Source of the DNA: Felis catus
Taxonomy: Eukaryota
Assembly (NCBI RefSeq): GCF_018350175.1
Contig: NC_058368.1
Coordinates: 152,584,001 to 152,648,000, forward strand
Length of the DNA stretch: 64,000 bases
Reading direction: 5' to 3'
Shown here piece after piece: positions 26,886 to 40,089 of the stretch. The position numbers and the translations under genes were made by a program. Every line of letters begins with the position of its first letter. Position 1 is the first letter of the stretch. The notes under the pieces are model-generated. The model saw only the letters and a program-made list of their open reading frames with translations. It did not search any database and was not told the origin of the DNA.

Positions 26886-27979
26886 GTAATGGTCTATTGG
26901 AGGATGGTAACAAAGTTACTAAGTTTAAGGATTATCTAATAAGATTCAGATATATGCTATATAATTAAAATAACAAACCAAAACCAAGTTGATGGGCACC
27001 AGGGATGTATCATTATCACTGCTATCAATTCCTCAGTGTCAAGAGAATTATTATCGCATTGAAATAATGATACTAAACTGAATGTAGGAGGTAAAAATAA
27101 CTCCAGAGGCAAGTTTGTAAGTGGAAGTCCACGAGTTAAGGAAATTGATCAGATTAGCTTAAGATTTATCTACATAAAATTTTAAATCAGCAATGACAGT
27201 AATTAAGGACTTAGTCACTAAATTCAGAGTCTGAAGAGGAAATCCCTGCAATGCATACCATCATGTTTTAAATCCCAAAGTGCATGTGGACCCTGTCGGG
27301 GAACATGTATGATCCAACCTCAAGTATCCGACTGAGGCAGGACTTAGCGGTTTGGGTTTGGGATTTCTAACTTTTAGAAACATGGTGCATTTCAAAATAG
27401 AGACAGTCATTTTTGATTATTTATTTTTGAGTAGGTTAACTTTGTTGGTTATGGCATCTTTGGGACTTAGATACCTCTGGCAGTAGTCCTAGGCTGAGAG
27501 TTTCTTCTCCATGACAGTGCACTTTGTTTTCACTCCATTATAGCTCCTCACATGCCACCGAGTCTTTTCTTTACCTGAAACTGCTACAGCTGTGAAATCT
27601 TTATTATATGCTTTAATCAGTTTACATTAAATTTTGGATTTTTTTTTTTTTAATTTACATTGGTGTAAAGGGAGAGGTCTGGATCCATTTTTATCTATCT
27701 CCAAATGGCTAGCCAGCCGCTAACCTCATTTATTAAACACTTTTCTTTCTTCACTGGTTTGAAATTCCCCTGTATCAGCTCTCAGATTCTCATTTCGACT
27801 TAGATGTATTTCTGAGATCTGGTTTTGAACCATCACTCTGCTGATGCAATTAATAGAAGCTTCTGATTATTAACATTTTTGGAAGAATTTTCCCGAGTAT
27901 TCTTTATTCTTCCAGATAGATTTTAAATTTAAACATTTTAAAATTAAACCTGTCTCCAGCTTTCTTTCCGGATCATTCA

Positions 27980-30060
27980 CTTTTTTATTCCTACACTCTG
28001 ACATGTTTGAGACCGCCAGGCTCTCTGATTCTCTATTTCCCCTTCATTGGTTCCTTGTCTTAATTTCCTTCCCTAAGGGACCTAGACCCTTGCTCACCCT
28101 TTAACTGCTTTCCTGCCATTCCTCTCTTCCCTTGTCCTCCCAGCACCCACTTGAGATCAAAGTAACCTGTGATTAATTCCACTGTCTCCGCTTTTCCCCT
28201 CCAAACTGCCTATTGAGCTTTTTTGAGGAATCACAGGAACCCATGCCACTAAAACAACACTAGCCCCTTTTTGTTGGCTTACATGATTTCTCTGTTTCTC
28301 TTGTCAAATCCTCTGTCTACGGCAGTTATTTTAGATCATCTCTTTTCTTCTTAATCCCTCTCCTTGACTACCTTTCCTTTCACTCTTAGCAGATAATAGC
28401 ATCTTCATACAGAAAATGAAGCCATCAAGAAGATACTCCCATAATTTCATGTCCTCTGCCTTCAGACAAAATGTCTTTCCTCCTTGTTTTTGTTTTTGTT
28501 TTTTTGTTTGTTTGTTTTTCCAGTGGAAGAAATAGGCTTCATTGTATTTGGAACTAACTGTCTTGCCTTTTTGGGGGTGGGAACCATAATCCTCATGTCA
28601 TTTCCCTTTTCATATTTTCAATCTCTTTTCCTACTCATATTTTCCATTCATGCATTAAAACATGTTCATCTCTCGGGACGCCTGGGTGGCTCAGTCGGTT
28701 GGGCATCTGACTTCGGCTCAGGTCATGATCTCATGGTTTGTGGGTTTGAGCCCCACATCGGGCTCTGTGCTGACAGCTTGCTCAGAGCCTGCAGTCTGCT
28801 TCAGATTCTGTGTCTCCTTCTCTCTCTATCTGCCCTTCCCCTGCTCATGCTCTGTCTCTGTCTCTCAAAAATAAATAAATGTTAAAAAAAATTTAAAAAA
28901 AAAACAAACAAAAACATGTTCATCTCTCATTATGATTCCCCTCCAAGTGTGCTGCTGTGTCCTGGGAAGTTGTTTAGCTTGCTTCACTTGCTCACTGCCC
29001 TGTAACCTCCTGCATTTAGTTCTTTTTCATCTGATTTCCACCTACATGCTCTTAAAATTGTTGCCACCAAGTTCACCAATAAATAAAATTTAGTCCTTAT
29101 TTAACTGGACTTTTCTGCAACACTTAACACTCTCACAACATCATGATTAAAATATTATTTCCTTTATTTAAATTCAACAAATTAAGGTAATTATGGCATC
29201 AGCTATATGCCAGGCGTTGTGCTGGATGCTAAGACATAGGCAAACATTGTTGCTTTTCTGGGTTTTTGTGACACAACACTTCTGTTTTTCTCCTAGTCTG
29301 GTACCTTTTCGTGGTCTCTTTTGAATTCTTTTCTCATCTTTAAATGTTAGTATTCTTCAGAGTTCTTCCTTTGGAATTCCTTTTCTCTCTACAGTCTCCC
29401 TGTATGCATCCTTATCCAAAATTTTAGTTGCCCTATATATACCTATTACTCATTTTCTTTCATTCAGTGTGTTTTTATACTAAGTGGTTCTTAGAATTGT
29501 ACTAGACACAGGGAATATCAGGATCAGATACAGTTCTCCCATCAAGGATATTGGTTTAGTGGGGAGACACACAAGAGAAGAGACAATTATAATATAATGA
29601 ATAATGCTATGGTGTAATACCTAGTTCAGGATGTTACAGGGGTACGTAAGAAGGGCACCAAACTCCATTTTAATGATATGAAAGAAGGTATCTCAAAAAA
29701 GACAATCTGAAGACTAAATCTCATCAAGATGAAAAATGGAGTGGAAGATAATTACAGATAGAGGAAAGAGTGTGGAGAAGGCTTGCAGGCGAGGAGGGTA
29801 TAGCATACTAGTGTAATTGACCAGGTGAGTCAGTATGGCTAGGCTGGAGGATGTAAGTGGGGGTGTGTGGAGACATGAAGCCGGAGACAAAAAAAGGGGG
29901 GATCTTAAGTACCAGGCTGAACAATATTACCTTACCCTGAGTGCTGTGGGGAGCCGTTGAAGGGTTTTAAGCCGTAGTTTTATCATATTTGTATTTTAGA
30001 AAGCCCAGTTGCTTGGATTGGAAGGAGCCATGGTGAGACCATGTTTGAAAGTTTGTTGCT
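27980..30060. mobile_element. LINE-2 fragments in both orientations, with a SINE at 28675-28910 (+)
   Basis: Pyrimidine-rich then purine-rich L2-like blocks. SINE TSD aaaacatgttcatctctc. Confidence 0.65.
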
Positions 30061-30066
30061 ATGAAC

Positions 30067-30190
30067 CAGTGGTTCTCTACCAGTGGTAATTTTGCCCTCT
30101 GAGGTATATCTGGTAATATTTGGAGACATTTTTGAGTGTCATAACTGGTCTTGGGGGTCATGGCGTGCTATTAGCTTTTAGTGGCTAGTG
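30067..30190 (+). mobile_element. MER20-like hAT MITE fragment
   Basis: cagtggttctc...ttttgccc...tggagacatttttg matches the recalled MER20 5' half. Confidence 0.7.
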
Positions 30191-30574
30191 GTTTGTTTTC
30201 TAGACAAGGCTGGCTTTTGGAATGCTCTGCTTAATAAAGTCTGTTTGAGGTGAGCTCTGTTGAGAGTAAGATCTTTCCTAACAAGAATAACAGACATCAG
30301 GATTCTAGTAGTTTCAGAATTCTGTGTTAGGCCTTAGCAAAGCATTAAACAGTTTATATAAATATATTTCCACTTTAATAGAGAAATGATACCTGTTTTG
30401 AGTATGAGGCTGGGTGAAGGATGAAGAGGGGAGATTAAAGACTTTTCTATATTTATTCTTTACTCTTTTTAGCAGTCAATTAATGAAAAAATCATGCTAA
30501 TTAACTTACTTGATGTATTGAGGATTTGATAAGCATTGTTTCTGAAGAGTAAATGGAGCAACTATATATAGTTA

Positions 30575-30655
30575 TTTATATATATATATACATACGTATA
30601 TATATATGTATATATATACATACGTATATATATGTATATATATATATGTATATAC

Positions 30656-30689
<34 letters not shown>

Positions 30690-30692
30690 ATA
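30575..30692. repeat. (TA)n/(TATG)n compound microsatellite
   Basis: Directly visible. Confidence 0.97.
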
Positions 30693-32453
30693 GAAAACTA
30701 TTTATATAACACCTCTATGTAAAATTCAAGAAATACAGACTTTTTCTTTCCTCGGTCTTGTGAATGTTGTTATTAAAGAAAAAAATCAAGCGTTCAAATG
30801 AAAGCCAAGAACCATTTAAGCCATCAGTTTCAACAAGTTCTCACTTTGTACCTGTATCAATATTATTAACATCACGAAATTACCTATTGTGAATCACTGA
30901 ATGTACTTGGAGGTGCTCATGTCTAAAGCATAAATTGCATGTGCTTGATTTGGAATAGTGGAGTATCCCTTCCAATTTCATTTACAGTGAGGTTCATCAT
31001 GCCACACCTCCCCTGTACACTAGCCCCAGGCTTCAGCCATATTTCCAGACATCATTAGATTTCTTGGCAACAGAGAAACCAGGCCATCTTACTGGAGATG
31101 ATACGGAAACTTACTGGATATAGAAACTTACAGTGTTGAGGGAAGACAAAGTAATGAAATCTATATCTGAATAATGCAAGTTGTCTTACATTATTTATAT
31201 AAAGTTACATAGTAAAAAATCCCACCACATAGATACTTATAAAGCTGAAATCCAGATGCCTTTCTTTAGAGAATAGTCTTTATTTTGTTACTGTATCGTA
31301 ACTCCTGTTATAGAGAGTAGAAATGCAGATTAATATTTTTATGGCAGATTTCAATGATGTCCAAAAATCTAGTAACTAGTAAAATAAACATCTATGGACT
31401 TACCACCCAGCTTTAACAATCATCAGTTTATAGCCAGTCTTTCAACCACCCATTCATTCACCCAGTCCACTCCTATCCCGCCCCACTTCCATTCCCCATC
31501 CACCTTGGATTATTATAAAGCAAATCCCAGGCATTGTATCATTTCATCCATAAATATTTCAGTATGGACTAAAAAATAAGGACTCTTTAACAACATTACA
31601 ACATCATTAGTACACCTAATATCTTTAATATCATCAAATATTAAGCCAATGTTCAAATATTTTCAATTGTCCGCCAAATTTTTTTTGTTTGTTCCAATCA
31701 AAATCCAGATACATCCCATACACTGGAATTGTTAATAATGCTCTTAAATTTCTTTTAATCCATATCCAAAATGGATTTTTAAATTTTTGATAGAAAGCAC
31801 AGAAATATCAGGAATCATTTGCATGGATAATAGTCTTACCCTGTCTTAATAATTGAAATGTTCCCAGGAGTTTAATCCCTCTTAACCTCAAGGAAACCGA
31901 GGGCTCCCGGATGGAATATGGCATTTTCTAGGTTTTTTTTTTTTTTTTTTTTTTTGGTATCTTGAGGCTTGTATTTTGATAGGAAGCAAAATCCCTCTAC
32001 TTTCGCTCAATTACACATCAGGACTGAAAGCCTCAGTTCTGGTGTACTTGAATGCTAATGTAAATTGGCTTTGTTTCTTGATTGTACATTTGTTTGGAGT
32101 AACTAATTGGTGGTTTGGCTAACTAAACCCTGTATCATCTTACTGAGGTATAATGAATTCAATGTATCATTCTACTAAGGAGTAACGGACATTCCTTCAT
32201 TTTCTCTTAACTAGTTGGTGCCTGAGAATAGTAGGAGGTGATGGTCTTGTGGAAAGCAGCACAGGTAGATGGGAGTGAAAAATATTTTTTAAGGAGATGA
32301 AATAGCAGAGACTTTTTTAAAGCAGGATATATTTTCTTATTATCCAGATTTGATATTCATAAATTAAGATTAAAGGGACAGCCTAAATTATGTTTTTTAA
32401 TAATGTTACTAATTCATTTTAATGTTAACTGAGAAATTTCTCACTTCACTTAG

Positions 32454-32540
32454 GAAAATGACTACATTAATTCATACTTTGAAGATGGAGATGATTTTGG
32501 TGCAGACAGTGATGACAACATGGATGAAGCAACCTATTAG
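32454..32540 (+). CDS. POLR3G: POLR3G last coding exon
   Basis: ttctcacttcacttag| then ENDYINSYFEDGDDFGADSDDNMDEATY and TAG at 32538-32540, the acidic C-terminus typical of the RPC7/C31 family. Confidence 0.97.
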   Translation, partial: ENDYINSYFEDGDDFGADSDDNMDEATY

Positions 32541-34790
32541 CTATGGAATGTCTCCAAAAATATCTTATGATACAGCTTCTAAATATTTGGACAGACTTGT
32601 TTTCTATTTCTGATAAGAAGTGAGTATTGTATTTTTGTTCCTGTTTTGTTAGACAAATATTTGCTGTCAAAATACTCGGAACCACATTGAGTTTACATAC
32701 TAGGTACCTTACCAGTTAGTCTCTGATGCTCTGACATTCCTTCTCAACACCCTGTCATGCCTCTTCTGTGTTCAAGTGGATTTTTTTTTTTTTTTGGTAT
32801 TATTCAGATTTGAATGTGCCTAGAGTTTTTGCATCTTTTAATCTATGTATTCATACTTGAACAAATTATTCTTGTTTAACTTGATCTGTTGTAAAACTAG
32901 TACTGGTCATCATAGTGGATTTCTGTAATCTGAACATTGATTAATACTGCACAAGGAGCACTTTAAAAACAAAGAAACTTGAAAATAATTTTATCTTTTA
33001 CTTTTACATGGTATGTTCTGTGCTACGACTACATAAACCTACCTGAGTTCACAACGGTGTAATTTATGAGATTGGAAGTTTTGTGATCAAAAACATACAT
33101 GCTGGGGAAAATGCCAGATTTTTGAGGTGTAGTGGCTGCTGTTAAATTTCATAGGACTTCTAGTTACCCAAGTGATTTATATCACAGTGCAGAATAAAAC
33201 TCAGGTCATTTTAAAATCAAGATCAATCTTTTTTGTTTATCAAAAACTAGCTCCCCTGCTTTTTTTCTATTTTGGCAGGGAAAATACCTAAAAACCCTCA
33301 GCCTCCAAAGACACACAAATGCCAAAGATTTTCAAGGGAATTCATACTATGTATTCTTAGATGATTAATGTTACCTACCAAAAGGAATAAATTTTCTCTT
33401 TAGGGAAGGTATTACCTATTACCCTCTAACCTTGAGAATCACAGCCAAATTCTATTTCTGCCTTTACCATTTGACTCAGTCTTGAAAATGAGCTTGGTTT
33501 TCTGTGCCTTAGTTTCTCCACCTGTAAACTATTTCCTACAAAAATTGCTTAAACACCAACCAAAATTTGCTGTATGTATTCATTCATACCTTATAGAAAT
33601 GATCACTTAATTTTAATTTGGCCATCACCCTCTAAAAAATTGTAGCTTGGTAAGTGATTTAAAAGTTTTAAAAATCAAACATATTTTCCTCAAAAAATAT
33701 ATTATAATCTGATTTTCCCATCGTGTATTCTGGAGGGGAAGATTGGAGAAAATGTATATTGTGCCATTTTGTAATGTGACTTTCTCAGGAAAAAGATCAC
33801 TTTCAATTTTAATACCTCCTCAGTTAATTCAAGATGCGTGTGAAGACCATAGTTCAGTGCTGTGTTGATCATATGTGAATTATTGAAATAAGCTTCTGGG
33901 AAATTGTAAACATTCTAAATGGAAAACAGGAATAAAAAAAGTCCACATTAAAACAACAATCTACTGGACTTAGAAGGTCATAAAGTTTCCAGTTGTAATG
34001 GGCAAATAGTCACTTAGGATTATTAATTAAAACATTGATGTTTTAGGGGCACCTGGGTGACTTATTCAGTTAAGCATTGACTCTTGATTTCAGCTCAAGT
34101 CATGACCTCACAGTCGTGAGATGGAGCCCCACGCTGGGCTCTGCACTGAGTGTGGGATTCTCTCCCTCCCTCTCCCTTTGCTCCTGACCCACTTGTGTGT
34201 GCTTGCACACATGCACTCTCTCAAAAAATAAAAATTTAAAAAATATTGTTTCATTCTCTCACTTCCTTAGTACCTTAGCCAAATACCACTTAATTTATAG
34301 AAATCTGATCTCAATGGTTCTATTTACTTGCTTTATTATAAATCTGCAGATAACTTTGTGAATTGAGCAAATGCACTGAAGTATTTTTCCTAGCTTTCAA
34401 TTTGCCTCCACAATTTTAGTCCAGCAGATGGTAAGACAGAACTTTTAGGCAAGGATTAGCTCCAGGAGGCTCCAGCCATCTGCCTTAAGTGCATTGTCTT
34501 CCCCCCCTTGGAAGATCTTTGTAGAAGTTTAAGGTTGACCAACTGTGAGAACAGAGAGGTAGTATTTGCAGGTTGCTTTATCAGCATGAGTCATGTTTTT
34601 CTGGCTTAAATTCTCAGGGACTGTGAAGTTAGGTATTCCATAAGAAGGTAAACTTTAAGGCAAAGATAGCCTCCTATATATAAAAAAGTACTTGAAGTGT
34701 CTTTAAATTTGCTATGTTAACAGGCATACCTTTTTGCTACAATGCTTATTTTTTGTTTACACATTAAATTCTTACAAAACAAAATTGTGT
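32541..34790 (+). other. POLR3G: POLR3G 3'UTR (end approximate)
   Basis: AT-rich sequence after the stop. Candidate poly(A) signals AATAAA at 33193, 33386 and 33931, and ATTAAA at 34763 followed by a GT/T-rich tract. Confidence 0.6.
34046..34243 (+). mobile_element. Older SINE within the putative POLR3G 3'UTR
   Basis: ggggcacctgggtg head and an aaaaataaaaa tail. Confidence 0.88.
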
Positions 34791-34800
34791 CCTTTTGTTT
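34763..34800 (+). terminator. Candidate distal POLR3G polyadenylation site
   Basis: ATTAAA at 34763-34768 with T-rich upstream sequence and a downstream ttgtgtccttttgtttt element. Confidence 0.5.
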
Positions 34801-35599
34801 TATATGAACATGTTTTATTTTGAGCCTACTTAAATATATTTGATAGAGAAAATACAGATTTTACCTAGTAAAATATTTATTGAGCAAGAATGACACTATC
34901 AAATATTCTTGAATAAACACCAACAAAAAAGAAAACTCAAGGTGATTAAAGTCATGATAAATTAAGATTTGGCAGTGTAATATTAGTGTGATCACTAGTA
35001 TCACAGACCTACACTGGATACAACAGAATGCTAAGAAATCTGAAGGATCTTGTTAAACTTTCCATCCCCACCATAACGTAGTGTCAATGGCTTTGCCTTA
35101 ATATGGTTAAAGGCTCTGGAGTTAGTAAGAACTTTTTATGAAAAAGTAACTTTAAGTACAATTTTAAGGAAAAGTAAGGATTACATCACAAATTCTTCCA
35201 CTAAATAAATAAAAGCTTCAAACCAACTTTTTCAATTCTTTTTGCTACTGGTAACTTTTAAAAATAAAATATCCTTGAAATGGAAAGGTGGTTTTATGAT
35301 AAAATTTACACATAATTTGTTAAATGTCTGACCCACAACTTGCTAAGAAGTCATGGATCATGCCTTTTAAGGTCATCTTCTCTGATATCGAAGAGCATCC
35401 AAAGAACACTCAACTGAAATTTGTTTTCATTTATGTCTTATAAATAATCCAGTGGATTTTATTTCATTCTAACAAGGAGGAAATATGAATTACTAAACCT
35501 CTGGCAATTCTATCCACCTTACATAGTATCTCTATTTTAAATAGTTTGAAAGAAGAGGAGAAAACGTTTGCTTTTATTCAATTAAATTCACCAGCTTCC

Positions 35600-35633
35600 A
35601 TTTTACATTGAATAATAAAATAGAAACTTTATT
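35600..35633 (-). terminator. Candidate LYSMD3 polyadenylation site
   Basis: tttatt at 35628-35633 (AATAAA on the minus strand), preceded on the minus strand by several TGTA motifs (taca on + at 35634-35780). Confidence 0.6.
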
Positions 35634-38579
35634 ACATTTTGCATATCTTAAAATACAAAAAATACGGGGCAGAAAATTTTAAAAACCAGTTTTACAGATG
35701 TACATGCTAACAATGTTCTACAATTCCATTTTGCATTTGTATCCAATACATTATACAAAAGATTTATAGTATTTGCATACATAAAAAGAATTAAATAAAG
35801 CATTCAGATATTTCTATGATCTAACAGTGCAATATGCATATACTTGGAAGAAAAATACTGATTTCCTGAGTAATGGTGTTGTAATTCAAAATAAGAATGA
35901 TACCCATCATAATGCACCATTTAAATAGACTTCTAAAAACTCCACCTTTACCCTGTAATTGACTGGATCCTTTCTTCATAGTATTTCTGAAACATCCTTC
36001 ATATTCCCAAGTAGGTAATTTTAGAAATAGATACCTTAAAAAGAACTAATAAGTAGTGGTTCATTTAAAGAATTCTTCAAGCCACTGAACAAGCAAGTAG
36101 AGTCCAGAAAAAAAAAAGCTTTAAATGGTAAGTCCTTTGGAAAAGTTCACTTAGCATTACAGTCTTATAATTCTAATGTGGCCAGCCGACTGTATAATCC
36201 ATTTTAATCTATCTTTTGAAGACATGAATCCCATAATTTTCTAGGAGTAGGACGGCAAAAACTTTAAATGGCATCCAATAGTTCAAAACAACCCTAACTA
36301 TTTGTACCCAGACTTAAAAAAAAATAATCTGCTCTAAAAATAGCAGATTTTTCTTTACTTACAACTCCATTTTTTTCAAGTGAACCAAACTCATTTGCGG
36401 TTGCTAGCATATATATATATTACATATATACCTTCTAATGTAAAGCATCCAAGTAAATTCAAAGAAGAGTTTCAACACAATTAAAATCCACAATATCAAA
36501 CAATAACTCTTATTAAGTTTTATAAACTAATCTGTGTTTGCCACAAATTTTGATGTATACTAGTACTTTTTAAAAGCTAAAATTATTCTAGACCTGTTAA
36601 ATGCTGAGGAAATTTTTTTTCATTTAAAATGACCCTTAAAGATTAGAATCTAAAAGTCTATATATAAGATATATATAGAATTATATATAATTCAAATATA
36701 TAGAAAAAGGAAACTGCCTGATTGTGTCATAAGGATATGTTCTATTTCCTTCAAGAGGCCATTCTACAAGACTGAAATGGTTTTTAATCAAGTACACAGT
36801 ACACTTCACTACCTTACATAACTTATTTTGAAATCAGACCTACCACGATTTCAAAGTACCACTAGCAAAAAGGAATCACTTGACTGTAATTTCATCAATA
36901 CGATGTAAACAAAGTTCTTCATTCCACTCTAAAATAATCCATTTTTCTTTCCTAAAACTTGATTTTTCAGCAGGCGTAATAAATATAATGTAAACCAACC
37001 AAGTTAACACAGCATAAAGTCGAAAGATCATACATATTTTCAAGATGCTAAGGCACATTAAAATAATTTTAAAATTTCAAACTAAAAAGTTACTCAAAAA
37101 ATGATTTTGCTACAACTTCCAATATTAACATTTTTCGTTAATTGTCTAAGGTCCTTTAATATATGCAAGGGCTTTAATGTTTGACTTCTTTGTCCTGTCT
37201 TTTTATGATACTTTGCTCCTGAAAGTACATAAAACCTCATGTACCATATGTACTTTTTCACCCCACTTGTTACCAATATTGGAGTTTGAAATATAAAATC
37301 ACTGGTCTAAAGCTGAAACATTAAAAATTAGTAAATAATGCCCAGAAAATGAAGTGGTATTATATACCTAAAGGTACATACTTTATTATACACAAAACAG
37401 GCAATCCAGACTCCACCAAATCTTACTTCTAATTAATCATTTGGGTTACATTTTTAAAACACACACTTTAAGAAATTAAATGATGGAAATTAGTATACAA
37501 ATGATGTTTACTTAGCCAGACTGTATCTGATCCACAGCAAATCTTAAGAAGTAGCACTATCAAGCCCTTTCAACTGATCTACACACCTTTAGCCTCTGCT
37601 GCCCAATTTGATGCTATAGTTCAGAGGAAAAAAAGGTTTAAGTTGAACATTTTCTCTTTGAAAAATATAGGTTAATGGGTCAATCAATAATTTGTTACTT
37701 TCATGCAAAAGGTCTCTCTCATCTTTGCTTTTGATTCATGAACCAATTTCTACAACAGATCTCAGAGGCAGACAATGAAAATTTGTTTTAACCCCATGAA
37801 GTTGTGCTTGATAGTGAAGATGGAGATGAATTTATACAGCCTATGTTATGAATCCTATTGGACCATCTGAAATACTTAATTTTAATTCTAAAAATTAAAT
37901 TAGCTTACATAAGTAGTATTATAAGGCATTAAATGTAATTAAGGCATGTTACTACAAGTAACACAGCAACAACTTATCACAGTATGTGAGGATTTAATTC
38001 CTAAATAATGCTAATCTGTATAACACTTTTCATTAAAGAATTACAAAAGTGCTTTCAAATAACAGAGGCAAATATAGTCACTTAAAAAACAGAAGCAGAG
38101 GCACCAAGCTTTAAGAGACAAAGATCACTTTTAGGTCTTACCCTAATCCAGTGTTCCAGGGACCAAATGGCAACTTCCCAACCATACACATTATTTTAGG
38201 GGCTTATAAAAGTTATTTTACCTAATATATTTAATATTAACAACCTTAAGCCAAAAAATAATTACTTGAAAAATAAAACTTAAACATAACCAGTCTTGAA
38301 TATAAAAAATGATACATTTTCCAAGTTAAGAACTTCCTAGACCCATATTTAAATTCATTTCTGCTTTAAGCATTGATACAAGATATATGGATTTACAACT
38401 CTCAGTATCAATGACCAACTGTAGGAATTTCACAATCTATTTGCAAATGGCTCCAAAAAAGGGTGAAAAACAAAAATATCTTCAATCTCCTTAACTTCTG
38501 CCTTTAAAGTGGTTATTGAATTGATTCTTCACACCCCAAGATTCACGTGATCATTAACACTGTAAGTATGAGCTCACTG
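35610..38579 (-). other. LYSMD3: LYSMD3 3'UTR (about 3 kb, no recognisable SINE)
   Basis: AT-rich unique sequence between the stop codon and the candidate poly(A) site. Confidence 0.65.
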
Positions 38580-39245
38580 CTATGTTTTGTGTTGAGCAGC
38601 AGGTGACTGAGAATCTTGACTATATAGTTTATGATCATGTTGGCCAAAGGGTATTCCCTTAGTTGGACCAATTCCATTTTCCATTTCTCTCTGTTGTGAT
38701 GGGGGTGTGACTCCTGAATGCAAATGTGAGGAGGAATCCACTGTTGAATGATGACTAACATCCACTTTAGCTAAAATTTCATAATACAGCAAATAAAATA
38801 CTGGCGTTATTATACCTACTATCAACATTATCACTACGGCTGTCCACCACCCTATTCCCCAGTCTGCTCCATAATAAGGATCCTTACGTTGAATGTTTTT
38901 GTTATCAGGTTCAAAACGTATTTGTTGTGCTGTTAAAGCAGATACCACCTCATTAAGGTTCTCTCTTTTGGTGTCTGTACATTTTACTATTTGTTCTATG
39001 TCTCGGTCTACTTCTTTTAAAAAGCTACCAGCTGACTCACTGGAAGAAAGAGAATCATTAGGTGGCAAAATTTCCTGTTGTTCTGGAACATACTGGACAG
39101 ATGACGGACGTGAAGCCTGTCTTCCTTTTGGAGGATAAAGTGTTTCAGTCAATGAACTAAACTTTTTAACTGGAATTTTGATAGACCTAAGGGCAAAAAA
39201 GTCTTGATCGCTGATGAGATTATTAACCCTCTTGATATCTGCTAC
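38580..39245 (-). CDS. LYSMD3: LYSMD3 last coding exon: C-terminal part of the LysM domain, transmembrane helix and tail
   Basis: Minus-strand poly-T+acag acceptor. 221 aa [26 protein letters not shown]...[27 protein letters not shown]...AAQHKT*. With the 85 aa upstream exon this gives 306 aa. Confidence 0.97.
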   Translation of the reverse strand, partial: VADIKRVNNLISDQDFFALRSIKIPVKKFSSLTETLYPPKGRQASRPSSVQYVPEQQEILPPNDSLSSSESAGSFLKEVDRDIEQIVKCTDTKRENLNEVVSALTAQQIRFEPDNKNIQRKDPYYGADWGIGWWTAVVIMLIVGIITPVFYLLYYEILAKVDVSHHSTVDSSSHLHSGVTPPSQQREMENGIGPTKGIPFGQHDHKLYSQDSQSPAAQHKT

Positions 39246-39660
39246 CTGTAAAAAAAAAAAAAAAAAAGCAACATTCAACTGAATTTTCAATCAAAACAGA
39301 GGTAACAGTATTCATTCATCCCATTACTTTTGGAAGGAAAAAAAAAGGTAGAGTTTAATTATTAGTAGTATTAAGTTATCACACCCAGAGAGGTTTTATT
39401 TGTGGATAACAGTTCTATACCACTCTTGATCTACCAGTCTTAGGAAATCACTAGTTACTTTTTACTGTCACTCATGTATTAACACAAATGTTAGGTATTT
39501 AAGTAGATCCTGGAATCCTTTGATATTTCTCTTTGTACATCATGCACAAATATCACACTTCTGCTGTTTGTAAACAATGAGAAGGAAGAATTACAGTTAT
39601 TTATGTTCTTTCATTCTTGCAATTAGAATATAGGCAAATATCAACTTATCCAACTAAAAC

Positions 39661-39805
39661 TACCATATTTTATCAAAACTAAGATGCCATCAACTCTAAG
39701 ATGTGCCATTATTTATCACTAAGGAAAAAAAAATATTGAGGGTGCCACCATTCCACTTTCAAAGATGTTAAAATGTATCAAAAAACATGCACCTTAGATA
39801 ACGTA
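39661..39805. mobile_element. MER104/Kanga-like Tc2-mariner MITE
   Basis: ccatattttatc...ctaagatgccatc...taagatg...agatgttaaaatg...atgcaccttaga resembles the recalled MER104 consensus. Confidence 0.6.
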
Positions 39806-40089
39806 TTTCCCTTATTTGTCTTCTAATGACATTTTCCCTAACTTCCGTGTTCATGCAGTATTCAACCACTCCCAAGATGAGTCATTTTTTATAAGCTTTC
39901 CCTATGTATTATACAGTCCTCAACCTGTCTGTATATCCTATCTACCTGCCATTGTGAGGAGGGAGAGCATGGGAGTATTCCTCAGATTACCCGTTATTAT
40001 GCTAGGCCTCCCATAATCTTTGAGTGATTAGTCCCATTCATGATTTCCATCAACGCTTTAACCTAAGCCCTAGTCATTTATCACTTGAT

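Noticed and set aside
39246..39290. N-terminal extensions of the LYSMD3 ORFs in the track (also 45655-45736)
   Set aside because: These are intronic polypyrimidine/acceptor sequences read in frame.
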